A stretch of DNA of 64,000 bases from Chlorobiota bacterium (lineage in GTDB: Bacteria > Bacteroidota > Ignavibacteria > Kapaibacteriales > NICIL-2), in contig JBGAUL010000003.1 of assembly GCA_044228685.1 (NCBI GenBank), positions 7 to 64,006 on the forward strand, in the 5' to 3' direction. Below are positions 1-10,400 of the stretch, in pieces. Position 1 is the first letter of the stretch, and each line of letters starts with the position of its first letter. Both the position numbers and the translations under genes were made by a program. The notes below the pieces were generated by a model, which was given only the letters and a program-made list of their open reading frames with translations, ran no database searches and was not told the DNA's origin.

Positions 1-212
1 AGCCTTTTGCTTTCAGCTTCCTTCAGATTCCACCTCGCGATGGACACCCTTGCTGTTCAGCTAACAATTCCCCTTACCGGGCTTGCAGGAGACTTTCACT
101 CCTTAGAGAGTGCGCCCTGCCGGGCGCACAATAAGAAAGCTCTCTGTTGATGCAATCAATCAGAGAGCTTTTCATTTTAAGAACGGTTAGATCAGATCGG
201 TTTAGCTTTCTA

Positions 213-1031
213 TTAGCGAACGAATACTCTTGAAATCGATTGTGTTGGATGTTGACGATTAAGAAGAGTAGCAACATAGGTGCCATTAGTGAGACTCTCT
301 ACGGAAACAGTTTGCTTCAGTTCGCTCAAGAGCACTGTCTGCCCTGTGATGTTTGACACTTGAAGATCCCACTGTTCTCCATCTCTGAACAAAGATTGAT
401 CGAAGTGCAGTTTGGCGTTACTGTATCTGATGAAGTCTGCATTCGACATTGATTGTTCTGATTCTACGGACACCGGATCTTTAATGTTGTAGTATATACG
501 CACAACGAAGCTCTCGAGGTTCTTCTCATTATTCTTGAGCGTGTCTGCTTCTCGAGAATCAAAAAACACTTTCTTAATTGTGCCTCCGAATGTGTCCTCA
601 ACGATGATTGAGTCGATGCTTCTATCCAAAGGAAAAGCCCAAGTAAAGCTAACTACCGAGCCGCGCGATTCGTCAGTAGCGGGCGTGATAAGCAAACGCA
701 GAGTATCGCAAAAGACTCTCTTACCAACCGGCATCTTACGAATGTTCCGATAACTGAGAACTGAGCTGCCATCATTGTCCTTGTATGCAAAGGCTGCTTG
801 AAGTCCTGAGGGTGTTGGTGGAAAACCCGGAATATCCACTTCTCCCATTGCCGCATCTATTCCGTTGGTAGCTGCTGAATCAACACCGCATATAACTGTC
901 GCGTACTTACCGAGCTCGTTTCGCATGGTGATGTTTGTTTCAACGTGAGCCACTTGAGCCGACATTGAAACAAGCATCAGACAAAACACAGCCACAACGA
1001 TCATTTTTACCGAGATAACTGGGTACTTCAT
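213..1031 (-). CDS. Secreted protein with T9SS C-terminal sorting domain (start trimmed to the Met before the signal peptide)
   Basis: N-terminal signal-peptide-like MKYPVISVKMIVVAVFCLMLVSMSAQ. C-terminus LQVSNITGQTVL..GTYVATLLNRQ..RVFVR matches the Por/T9SS CTD pattern. ORF track 213..1088. Confidence 0.6.
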   Translation of the reverse strand: MKYPVISVKMIVVAVFCLMLVSMSAQVAHVETNITMRNELGKYATVICGVDSAATNGIDAAMGEVDIPGFPPTPSGLQAAFAYKDNDGSSVLSYRNIRKMPVGKRVFCDTLRLLITPATDESRGSVVSFTWAFPLDRSIDSIIVEDTFGGTIKKVFFDSREADTLKNNEKNLESFVVRIYYNIKDPVSVESEQSMSNADFIRYSNAKLHFDQSLFRDGEQWDLQVSNITGQTVLLSELKQTVSVESLTNGTYVATLLNRQHPTQSISRVFVR

Positions 1032-1054
1032 ACAAATATCCTTTCGAATCATAT

Positions 1055-1086
1055 AAAAAAAAGGGGCAACGGAAAACCGTTGCCCC
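1055..1086 (-). terminator. Rho-independent terminator (10-bp GC stem GGGGCAACGG/CCGTTGCCCC, loop AAAA, followed by U8 on minus strand)
   Basis: Perfect inverted repeat 1063..1086 and A-run 1055..1062 on plus strand (T-run on minus). Lies directly downstream of the stop of the 1036-aa gene. Confidence 0.55.
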
Positions 1087-1110
1087 ATAAATACCTACTT
1101 AGACCGAAGA

Positions 1111-4100
1111 TTAGCGAACAACATTAATTGCTTTTGTAGCAACGAAGTCGTTAGCAACAATCTTGACCAAGTACGAACCGCTTACGAGATCTGTAGCGTC
1201 GAGCTCAACTGCGCTATCACCCTTGGTGAATACGCCGTTAGCTAGTGTGCGGATCTCTTGTCCCATTGCATTGTACAACTTCACGCTAACCATTTGTGTT
1301 TCTGGCAAGCTGAAGCTAACAGTTGTCTTTGATGACGTTGGGTTCGGGGCAGCTGTAAATGCATAGTTGAGATTGTTTGATGTTTCGCTCAACAAGCGGA
1401 TTGCTGTTGTGCGCTCATCATTGATAACAACACGGCTGTTTCCTTGTGACAATGTGCCAAGAACTTCACCGCTTTGAGCATCTACTACTGTGTATGTTGA
1501 ACGATTGTTGTTCATGCTGAGGCTAACCGGATACTCAACACCTTGCAAACGGATAACTGGTGTTTCGCTGGTGCTTACATAAGTATTGGATGAGAAACGA
1601 GCATCGAACAAGTCTGCTGATGGAGGTGCTGGTGGCAAATCAAAACGATTTGTTGTGAATTGCACGCAACCTTCAGTAACATAGAGTGAGTTCTGATGTG
1701 AAGCAGCGTCTTGGATGCTAATGCGAGCACTTGCATTCAAGATAGCGTCACGATCGTTTGTGAGAGCAGCACCCTTTGTAACTGGAGCTGATACGTTGTA
1801 GTAACCTTCGCCAGCCATCTTAACCCAGTAACCAATACCAGGTGTCAATTCTGAAACTTCGCGATATCCACGGTCTGTTGTGTAACCAAAGACACCAGAA
1901 ATTTGCTGCGGCGGTGGCAAGTTGCTAGCTGCTGCATCGTACTTGATTTGCTCTGTTCCAACTGGAACTGAAAGTGCACCAACTGTATTCCAACCATCAT
2001 AAAGGTGAACTGGATATACATCCTTAGCAATGCGCTTTACTAACAAACCTGAAATGATTGTTGTGTCAGCTTTAGGGAACTTGAGGAAGTAACCATAACC
2101 AACGACAGCATTTGCTTCTGGTTGATAGTAGCTGATCGAGTACTTGATCGGTGAAGAAGGAACGTTTGGCCAAATAACCTTGTAGTCACTTGATGATGGA
2201 CGTACCGGCAATGAAACCAAGTTCCAGCCCTTCTTGAAGTTCTGCTGAATGCGAGCGCGAGCCGGTGTGTATTCAATGTCAAAAGCAGTAATCTTTTGAT
2301 CACGAATTGTATAGGACATCAGGGTACCTGAGCCTGGAACCGGCGTTGCTTGACGCATGTCGAGACCGAACAACTTACCATTCTCGATGTCGCGCAAGAA
2401 GAGTTGAGCGCCATCAGGGAATTGATTACGATCCCATGTCAAAACGACCGGGTAGTTCAACGCTGAACCAGCGCTGAAGCGACAGCGGTAAACGAGTGTT
2501 GTATCTTCAAACACGTCACGAATGTCGCGTGAATCAAACACTTGTGTGATGTCACCATAACCGTACAATTGTGCTTGGATATCACTGTTTGATGTATCCT
2601 TTGCATTCGGGATTTGGAAGAAGCGAGCGAAGAAGCTGCTTGAGTCGACTGATGGATATGCGAACTCACCGAAGAGCGAATCTGCATGATATGTAGCACG
2701 AAGACCTGTACCAAACATCAGGTTTGCTGATTGTGGTACTGGAGCTGAGTTACGTACGTTGATCCACATACCCTTTGCAAGGTAATCTTGTGGTGGAACG
2801 CCATTATATGTTTCGTTCGGAGTACGAACAACCAGGAATACAACCTTCAAACGGACTGGTGTGAATTGTGCTGTCAATGAACGGAATGTGATGTATCCTT
2901 CATAACGACCAGCATATTCATCTGGGTTGCTTGGATCTGGATTGTCAGCCAATTGACCTGGATCGCAGATAATGTCGAAGTTCAGCTTAGGATCGATAGC
3001 ATTCGGGAATGGAGCGTTTTGAGCATCCGGGTAACCAAGACCGTTTGGAGGACCGAGGATACCGCGATCGATGTATGCGATCCTACCGAGACGTGTTGGA
3101 GCCGGAATTGGATTCTTAGCACCACGTGTTTTGAAGAGCAACCATGGTTGATCTGATTCAACGATAATGTTTGTAGCGCGAACACCGTCCGGTGTGAGTG
3201 TTACTTGAATTTCATTGATAGCTTGACCAAGACCTTGTTGAAGTACAGGATCAAATGGAATAACGCGAGTTAACGTGAACAATGTATCAGAGACTTTCTG
3301 AACTGATGTTTCGTTAGGGTTACCTGTTGGCTGCGGAAGAAAATCAAATGCAAACTGATCACGGATGTGCATGTAAATCATACCCTTGGTGATAGTATTT
3401 ACAGCAGCTGGTTCGATACCGATACGAGTGTAATCTACACCAGCGATGATACGATCCAAAGGTTGTGGCTGTGGATAGTTAGCATCACCAGGGAACGGAG
3501 ATTGTGTGTAAACGTTTTGGTTGTTGTAGTAGATCGAATCTGTTGTCACGATAAGCGGAGATACGTCGCTCACACCGAGACCTGGACGACCCAGAACTTG
3601 GAACTTTACGTATACAAATGGACGATACTCGTACTGATTACAGTCACTGCTCGAACCAGTTGTTGGCAACGGGCGACCAGATTGACCAGCAATACGAACT
3701 CTCTTACCGCGAAGACGGTTAGGGTTCGACGGTGAAATAAGACCGTTTTGAACTTGGTACGTTGAGTCGATTGCATCGTCCCACGTGATTTGCCAGCCAT
3801 CGGTCAAGGCTGCACTATCGGTCTTTGACAAAACAACATTTGGGTGTTGTCCTTGAAGCCATGGACCGCGAGTCATAACACCAACCGGCTTCAATGCTGT
3901 ACTGTCGTACTGAAGCTTAAAGTTGAAGCTATAAATTGGTTGAACGGTATATGGAGTTCTGCTCTGCCAGCAGTTCTTCATGAATACCGGGACGATGATT
4001 TCGGTTGGACCGTTATCACCAGCCGCAGTCACCCACAAGCGACCATCAGGATACCACGAAGGATTGTAACCACCTTCGCTACCTGTTAGACTCAAGCGCG

Positions 4101-4221
4101 GGGACTGTGGAATGAGCTGTTGTGCAGACACGCCAGTGGCGAATGCACACATAGCCACAAGTGCTGCCACAACGAGTCGGCGTACTGCACTGTGCACATA
4201 ATACCCTTTGAACATAACCAC
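1111..4221 (-). CDS. Large secreted T9SS cargo protein (1036 aa), function unknown
   Basis: Signal peptide MVMFKGYYVHSAVRRLVVAALVAMCAFATGVSAQQ. C-terminal ~80 aa (VSVKLYNAMGQEIRTL..GSYLVKIVANDFVATKAINVVR) matches the T9SS CTD pattern. Confidence 0.7.
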   Translation of the reverse strand: MVMFKGYYVHSAVRRLVVAALVAMCAFATGVSAQQLIPQSPRLSLTGSEGGYNPSWYPDGRLWVTAAGDNGPTEIIVPVFMKNCWQSRTPYTVQPIYSFNFKLQYDSTALKPVGVMTRGPWLQGQHPNVVLSKTDSAALTDGWQITWDDAIDSTYQVQNGLISPSNPNRLRGKRVRIAGQSGRPLPTTGSSSDCNQYEYRPFVYVKFQVLGRPGLGVSDVSPLIVTTDSIYYNNQNVYTQSPFPGDANYPQPQPLDRIIAGVDYTRIGIEPAAVNTITKGMIYMHIRDQFAFDFLPQPTGNPNETSVQKVSDTLFTLTRVIPFDPVLQQGLGQAINEIQVTLTPDGVRATNIIVESDQPWLLFKTRGAKNPIPAPTRLGRIAYIDRGILGPPNGLGYPDAQNAPFPNAIDPKLNFDIICDPGQLADNPDPSNPDEYAGRYEGYITFRSLTAQFTPVRLKVVFLVVRTPNETYNGVPPQDYLAKGMWINVRNSAPVPQSANLMFGTGLRATYHADSLFGEFAYPSVDSSSFFARFFQIPNAKDTSNSDIQAQLYGYGDITQVFDSRDIRDVFEDTTLVYRCRFSAGSALNYPVVLTWDRNQFPDGAQLFLRDIENGKLFGLDMRQATPVPGSGTLMSYTIRDQKITAFDIEYTPARARIQQNFKKGWNLVSLPVRPSSSDYKVIWPNVPSSPIKYSISYYQPEANAVVGYGYFLKFPKADTTIISGLLVKRIAKDVYPVHLYDGWNTVGALSVPVGTEQIKYDAAASNLPPPQQISGVFGYTTDRGYREVSELTPGIGYWVKMAGEGYYNVSAPVTKGAALTNDRDAILNASARISIQDAASHQNSLYVTEGCVQFTTNRFDLPPAPPSADLFDARFSSNTYVSTSETPVIRLQGVEYPVSLSMNNNRSTYTVVDAQSGEVLGTLSQGNSRVVINDERTTAIRLLSETSNNLNYAFTAAPNPTSSKTTVSFSLPETQMVSVKLYNAMGQEIRTLANGVFTKGDSAVELDATDLVSGSYLVKIVANDFVATKAINVVR

Positions 4222-4254
4222 TCCTACAGGAATAATGAGTAATAAAAAATTGAT

Positions 4255-5463
4255 TTAGTTGAATATCATCGTATAGTGTGTATTGCCACGGTCATCCGTG
4301 AATGTCGCGACATATACACCGACACTGAACATTGATCGACCTATTGCCAGATGGTCCTCATAATCAACTCTATGTTGATAAACCAGAAGGCCTCGACAGT
4401 CGTACAATCGAAGAATGCCTGAAAAATTCTTCGGCACTTTAAGTTCCCAAACGTCACCATTACGATACACTTGCGGGCGATGCTCTACATCTTCGTCAAC
4501 ACTCGATGTCGCATTTGCTTTGCGAACAAGTGTCGTAGAATCTCCAAGCCAACGCGTCACACAAGCACAAGTATCTTTTCCAAGTAGCAGTGTCTGAATA
4601 CTCGCTACAGCTGAGTCTGCTGAATTCGAGTGAATCTGAAATGTAAAACCACAGTCGTTTTGTAAGTACTGTCCTGTTTTACTCTTCACTGACACGCGCA
4701 TCAAAGAATTGATGCTATCTATTTCCAAAGTATCTGTGCTACGGATTGACGCTAGTGAATCAATCGTGAAGCTTGACGGCGGACGCTGAACACCAATAAC
4801 TACATTATGAAGTCTGGCATTATCAGCGATTGTGACCCGAACCGATGACGCTAAACGAGACTGCCCTTGTGTAAATACAAGAGTGTCGTTTGAGAAATTA
4901 AGTTTCAAAGACCGCGACGGCGCATCAGCAATTTTCAAATCCACTTTCGCTGCCGTCAAAGTTCTGTAGTAAACCTTTGCCTCTGCATTGATATCCGGAA
5001 GGCTACCGAAACCAATAACGCTGGAATCGGAGCACTCACCTTTGTACTGAAACAGTACTGCAAAAAGTGGTTTGTCACCAGCAATTGGCTTCATGACATT
5101 GAAACCATACACTCGTATTCTTCCACTATCTCTTGCGTTGTAGTCCTTCGTCTCTAAGTTTTCACTTAAAGTTCCCTGAAACAATACAGACTTGTATCGC
5201 ATCCGATCACTTGGAAAACTTAAGCTGATGTCGTAGAGTAATACGCTATCTGCTACAAAGAGAGGACCTACATCGACTGTTACGATAAAGGTGCTATCAA
5301 GACTGCAAAGATCAACACTGTTTGTAATGTGTACTGACGCGTCAAGAGGACGCTTTGGCTGTGATCGCATTGATCCAGCGGCGAGGATTAGAATCCCCGC
5401 CGCGAGAATCAATGTGCGAATCTTAGCGATCGAATACAACTGAGTTTGTCGCATTGACACCAC
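4255..5463 (-). CDS. Secreted T9SS cargo protein (about 400 aa), function unknown
   Basis: Signal peptide (IRTLILAAGILILAAGSMRSQ). C-terminus ILRLYDCRGLLVYQHRV..GVYVATFTDDRGNTHYTMIFN is CTD-like. Overlaps the upstream gene stop, suggesting an operon. Confidence 0.55.
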   Translation of the reverse strand: MVSMRQTQLYSIAKIRTLILAAGILILAAGSMRSQPKRPLDASVHITNSVDLCSLDSTFIVTVDVGPLFVADSVLLYDISLSFPSDRMRYKSVLFQGTLSENLETKDYNARDSGRIRVYGFNVMKPIAGDKPLFAVLFQYKGECSDSSVIGFGSLPDINAEAKVYYRTLTAAKVDLKIADAPSRSLKLNFSNDTLVFTQGQSRLASSVRVTIADNARLHNVVIGVQRPPSSFTIDSLASIRSTDTLEIDSINSLMRVSVKSKTGQYLQNDCGFTFQIHSNSADSAVASIQTLLLGKDTCACVTRWLGDSTTLVRKANATSSVDEDVEHRPQVYRNGDVWELKVPKNFSGILRLYDCRGLLVYQHRVDYEDHLAIGRSMFSVGVYVATFTDDRGNTHYTMIFN

Positions 5464-7390
5464 TACCGGTTAAGCGGAAGAAATAAACGCCTGAACCGAC
5501 AGGAGCACCACTTACTGTACGACCATCCCACTGGAAGCTATACTGTCCTTGTGAGAATGAAGCATTTGCAAGCGAAGCTACTTCGTTTCCGAGGATATCA
5601 TAAACGCGAAGGCTATAATCTCCGTTGGAAGGAATGCTAACACTTACTGTGCTCACTGGATTCGAAGCTGTTGGTTGAGTAGCTGTCAAAAGAGCAACGT
5701 TGTCGCTTGCACTAGCAATTGTGATTGTTTGTGAAGGACGAGCATCGCCATTGAATTCAACACCGTCAACCTTGATGTCATTTTGAGCTGCACGAACAGT
5801 AACATAAGCGATTGGCTCTGTGCCATCTGTCTTAACGCTACCAGCGATTGCAACACGGTTGCCATCGAACATAGAGATCATGTTCGGGAATGCGCTTTCA
5901 ACACTAACTACTTCTGAGTTCACGTTGAACACTGCACTTACAGCTGCATCACGGAGACCATTAAGGTAAACCGGGATACGAACAACTCCATTGCTGGACT
6001 TGGTGCAGTTCGCAAAACGTACATCATCTGCATTAACGTCAGTGCTGATTGTCTTGCCAAACGGAACGATTGAGTCAAGTGTCCATGGCAATGTGATGAT
6101 GCGAGCACCTAAGTAGTGCATGATCAAAGCTGCATCATATGCATTGACTTGGAAATAGATTGACTGGAAGTCAAGTGAGTTATCACTTGGCATATCATAT
6201 GTCTGAAGACGGAGCAAACTGTCTTGTGTTTGAGGTGAACCCAATTGGAAGTGCTCGTTCAAGGTCCAGTTGTTACGTGGAAGCGGTGTACGGAACTTCA
6301 CTTCGCGACGATACTTAGCAGTATCTGCGGTATTGTTCACATTACGTGTCGAATAATAGAAACGGCCGTTGTGGTCAACATCACCCTTGAAAGCCATACG
6401 CTTTACCAAGCTATCCAACGGCTTGTTGGCTGCTACGGAACGAAGAATAACGAGAGCGTCATTAGCTGTTACGTATTGGTTTTGTGGGCTACCATAGTGA
6501 CGTGAACCTGGTGCTTGTGAAAAGTCAGCATCGCCATCACCCCAAACATTCAAACGAAGGCGTGGGATCGATTTAAAGAGCAATACTGTATCACTTCCAC
6601 CTGAAGGCTGCCATGAATTTGACAATTGCGTTGATGTGAAGGATGTTGCTGGAGCCGTGAAGAAGGCGTTCAACCAGTCACCTTGTGGTGAGCTTCCCTT
6701 GATACCAACAGCAGCGTTACGGGTAATAACGGTTGTCAATGTTGTGTTTGGATTTCCGCCGATTTGACCATAAGCGAACTCGATGTCACCTTGGCTGTTG
6801 CCAGGAACTGCAGTTTGCTCATACAAGTAGCATTGGAAATTACCAACTGATGAAGGCAATGTCTTGTCGTTGATGTTCAAGTTGCGCCATTCAATACAGA
6901 AAGCGCGACGACCACCGACGTTAGCGATGCCAGTCAAAATTTGTGATGGCATATAACCCGGCTGAGCTGTTCCACCAATACGGAAGTAGTGATCACCCCA
7001 GTAAGGAGCAACAACGTTACGTGGGAACTGTGAACCGTCGAAAAGACGAGTTTGGATTTGTTGACCAACGATACCGAGTGGAACATTTCCATCTGGCGAC
7101 ATAATGATAAAACCATTTACGTTGATGAGGATCCAATTGTACACTGTACCATTGAATTCGAACGGAAATGGAAGTTGCGCAGCTGCAAAACCATCATCCG
7201 GATCAACATTCGGCGGAACAGTAAAACTGTTCGCCGTGTAGGCCGTTGTCGACCCACCGGAAGGCAGCGGCGTATACGGGCGGTTGCCCACCTTCTTTGG
7301 CGTTTCAAATTCCACGTAAATCTGCGCTTTCATCGAGGCGCCGACGAGGAATAGAGAAGCCAAAGCTGCAAGAAATAGACGTTTTCTCAT
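5423..7390 (-). CDS. Secreted T9SS cargo protein with cohesin-like and dockerin-like segments
   Basis: Signal peptide MRKRLFLAALASLFLVGASMKAQ (ORF track extends to 7429). Dockerin-like segment VTANDALVILRSVAANKPLDSLVKRMAFKGDVDHNG. Cohesin-like beta-sandwich pattern VVRIPVYLNGLRDAAVSAVFNVN..VKVDGVEFNGD. T9SS CTD LRVYDILGNEVASL..GVYFFRL. Confidence 0.55.
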   Translation of the reverse strand: MRKRLFLAALASLFLVGASMKAQIYVEFETPKKVGNRPYTPLPSGGSTTAYTANSFTVPPNVDPDDGFAAAQLPFPFEFNGTVYNWILINVNGFIIMSPDGNVPLGIVGQQIQTRLFDGSQFPRNVVAPYWGDHYFRIGGTAQPGYMPSQILTGIANVGGRRAFCIEWRNLNINDKTLPSSVGNFQCYLYEQTAVPGNSQGDIEFAYGQIGGNPNTTLTTVITRNAAVGIKGSSPQGDWLNAFFTAPATSFTSTQLSNSWQPSGGSDTVLLFKSIPRLRLNVWGDGDADFSQAPGSRHYGSPQNQYVTANDALVILRSVAANKPLDSLVKRMAFKGDVDHNGRFYYSTRNVNNTADTAKYRREVKFRTPLPRNNWTLNEHFQLGSPQTQDSLLRLQTYDMPSDNSLDFQSIYFQVNAYDAALIMHYLGARIITLPWTLDSIVPFGKTISTDVNADDVRFANCTKSSNGVVRIPVYLNGLRDAAVSAVFNVNSEVVSVESAFPNMISMFDGNRVAIAGSVKTDGTEPIAYVTVRAAQNDIKVDGVEFNGDARPSQTITIASASDNVALLTATQPTASNPVSTVSVSIPSNGDYSLRVYDILGNEVASLANASFSQGQYSFQWDGRTVSGAPVGSGVYFFRLTGSGVNATNSVVFDR

Positions 7391-7483
7391 AGCAGTTTGT
7401 CCTTGATATTTTTTAAAAGTTAATGTCATGTTTAAGTCTTCGTTCCGGGGCCTTTTAAGAGACCCCGGATTCGAAGTTGATTA

Positions 7484-10400
7484 TTAGCGAACGATTACAA
7501 CTTTTTGCATTGTGCTGAATGAGCCTACGGTCATACGAACTGTGTATGCACCTGAGTTCAATTCTGCACCGCTGAGACCACGTCCGTCCCATGGCAATGT
7601 CGTGTGACCTGCTGGGAAGATGTCATTTGCAATCGTAGCTACTTTGTTACCAAGGTTATCAAAGACTTCAATCTGCACGTTGCTTGCGGTCGGTACGTTG
7701 AAGCTGATGTTTGTCGATGAACCAAATGGGTTCGGTGAAACTGCATCAAGGCTCAATGCATCTGATTGAACATCAGGCTTAACGTCTGATGCTTCGTCCC
7801 AGAGAATGATGAATGATGATGCTGATGACTGATAAGCCTTCAAGATTACGGTATCGCCACTGACGATAACATCGTATGTGCTTGCGCTTTGTGTACGGTA
7901 CTTACCGTTGTTCATGTTAACTGCGAACAAGGAACCACCAACACCGTCCATGAGATAGTATGAGCCACCGCATGGATTCTTAGCTTGATCCGTTACAGAT
8001 GGAACTTCTGACATCAACCACTTGAAGGTTACTGGGAAGTATTCATCTTGTGAACCTACTACGCCACCAGCTTGGAAACGACCCTTGTAAACTTCAACAC
8101 GCTTGTCGCCTGAAGCGCAATTCGGGAAGAAGTTGCGGAGCATACCATTCTTTGATGGAATTACCCAACGAGCATCGAACACGTCGATTGGTGGGATTGG
8201 AGGAAGTTCATATTCGCAATAGTTAGAGTCAAGCTTACCAACACCACCCTTGGTTGGGTTGTCACCTGTTGTTGCGTTTCCGCCTGTACCCCAGGTAAGT
8301 GTTTCATAAGCACCCTTGTTGTTACGGATTTCAAGGTTAGCCAAGAATGTTGAGTTCTCAGAGATGCGAACGAGATACTTGAGAGTATCCGGTGCGCCGC
8401 CATGAATGTCAGTTACTTCAACAACAACTGTATCTACAGTTTTGTATGGTGTAACGTTGTACTTGCCTGTAACTGCAACAGAGACGGTATCGAGTGAACG
8501 AGGACCGGTGATTGTTGCCGGTGTAATTGTCAAACCTTGTTGTGGACGAATAACACGGAGATTAACGGTTTCAGCACGGAGAAGATCCTTGTCCGAAATC
8601 TTGAGAGTATCATTAACATCGCCGCCATTTACGATACAGCGTGTTGCAGGAACTTCGAAGATGTGTGGATCGTGGTTAACAGCGTGGATAACGAGAGTAA
8701 GTGTCTTTACGTGACCCAAACCGCCGTTAGGACCGTCATCGTGTACATATACAGTTACGTTAACTGTTGTATCAGGTGTCTTTGTATCGGTAACGCGTGG
8801 TGTTCCGAAGAGCATACCACTGACCGGGTTGATCTTCAACCACTTCGGTGTCGAAGCGTTGCTGATATCCCACTTGCCAGCTTCTGGGAAGCAGCCGTCA
8901 CGATTGATACCTGTAGCCTTGCGTGTATCATCACCATAGATCAATTCATAAGCAATCTTCTGACCGAAGTTAGGATCGCTTACGCGGATGTATGTAGAGT
9001 CACCAATCAAGGTTGAGTTATAGTCGATATCCTCGTATGCATCTGGTAATGATGAGTTCAGAATGGTCGGAGGAATATTAACGATGATGTTCTTATTGAG
9101 TGTTGAGATTCCACCGTGACCGTCGTTTACAACTACGGTAAAGAGTGTATCTGTGTTAAGTGCGTTGTGATAACGTTGTACTGGGCTCAAAATGCCGACA
9201 GCTGTCAATGAGTCGATAGCGATACGCAATTGACCCTTTGATGTAAAGTCTGATGCAAATGCATCGCTTTGTGCTGAGTTAGCATACTTGCGCAAATACT
9301 TGTTTGCAAGCCAGTTTGGACGTACTTGTGTAACCTGATCGTATGCTGTATCAGCACCGTGATCATTGCGGTTTTCTGACAACCAGTTGTATGATGTACG
9401 ACCGTATGGGAATGTCCAACCAGCTTGTTCAGCAGCTGCGTCTTCCGCTTCGTCATCAGTGTTGAAGTCAGCTGCCATACGCAAGCTGTCTGTAAGGTTA
9501 GCATACAAAATGTTGTTACGCTCACATGTAAACGCGCTGTTGGTGAACAACGGCAAGCTGTCTGTTACGAAGATTCGGAAACGATAGCTTGTGTCAGCAC
9601 CCCAACCATTGTTTACTGTGTCTTGTTGCAAGAAGCGAGCATTTGTAGCATCATAGCTTTGGTTGCCATAATATGAAGAGTACAAGTAGATGTACTTAGC
9701 AATTACGTCAGCTGCAATACCTGCTGCCTTCATTGAATCGATTGTAGCAACTGATGGTGGGAAGTTACGTGCTGTAACTGTTACCCATTCGCCTTCTGGA
9801 ACTACATATGGATTTGACGGGGTACCACGGAGACGGATGTGACCGTGAGCTTGGTACCATGCTGTTGAGTCTGTTCCAACAACTGCTGGAATTGTATCAG
9901 CCTTCAACCAGTGTGACAAACCTGAGTTTGCGTCAACTGTCCAACCGTAAGCCATTTGTGAATACTTGGTACCATCCAAGATTGAACGTGGATCGTAGAA
10001 CAAGTTTGTATCGCGAACTGTGATAGCAAAGATTGTATCACGTCCCGGTGGGCGAAGGTTGTCTGATGGATCACGTGGATATACGCGGTCTTCTGAAACG
10101 AACAACTTGTTCTTGAAGATCGGAAGTGCAGGTACACCGTTAGCAGCTACTGGATTTGCTGTGGTGATCTTGTTACCAGTCCATACTGGCGGAGGTGTTG
10201 TTGCACCAACCTTGAAGATCAACGCGCCTGCAAATGCATCATTGTTGCTACCAACTTCACGCCAGAGAGCTGAACGTGATACGATTGCGATTTGGTCACC
10301 AACCTTAGCCGGCAGCGTATTGTAGCGCTCACCTGCGAAGTATGTTACCATGTTACGACCGAAGTTGTCAATGTTTGAGTTTGGCAATGTTGGACGATTG

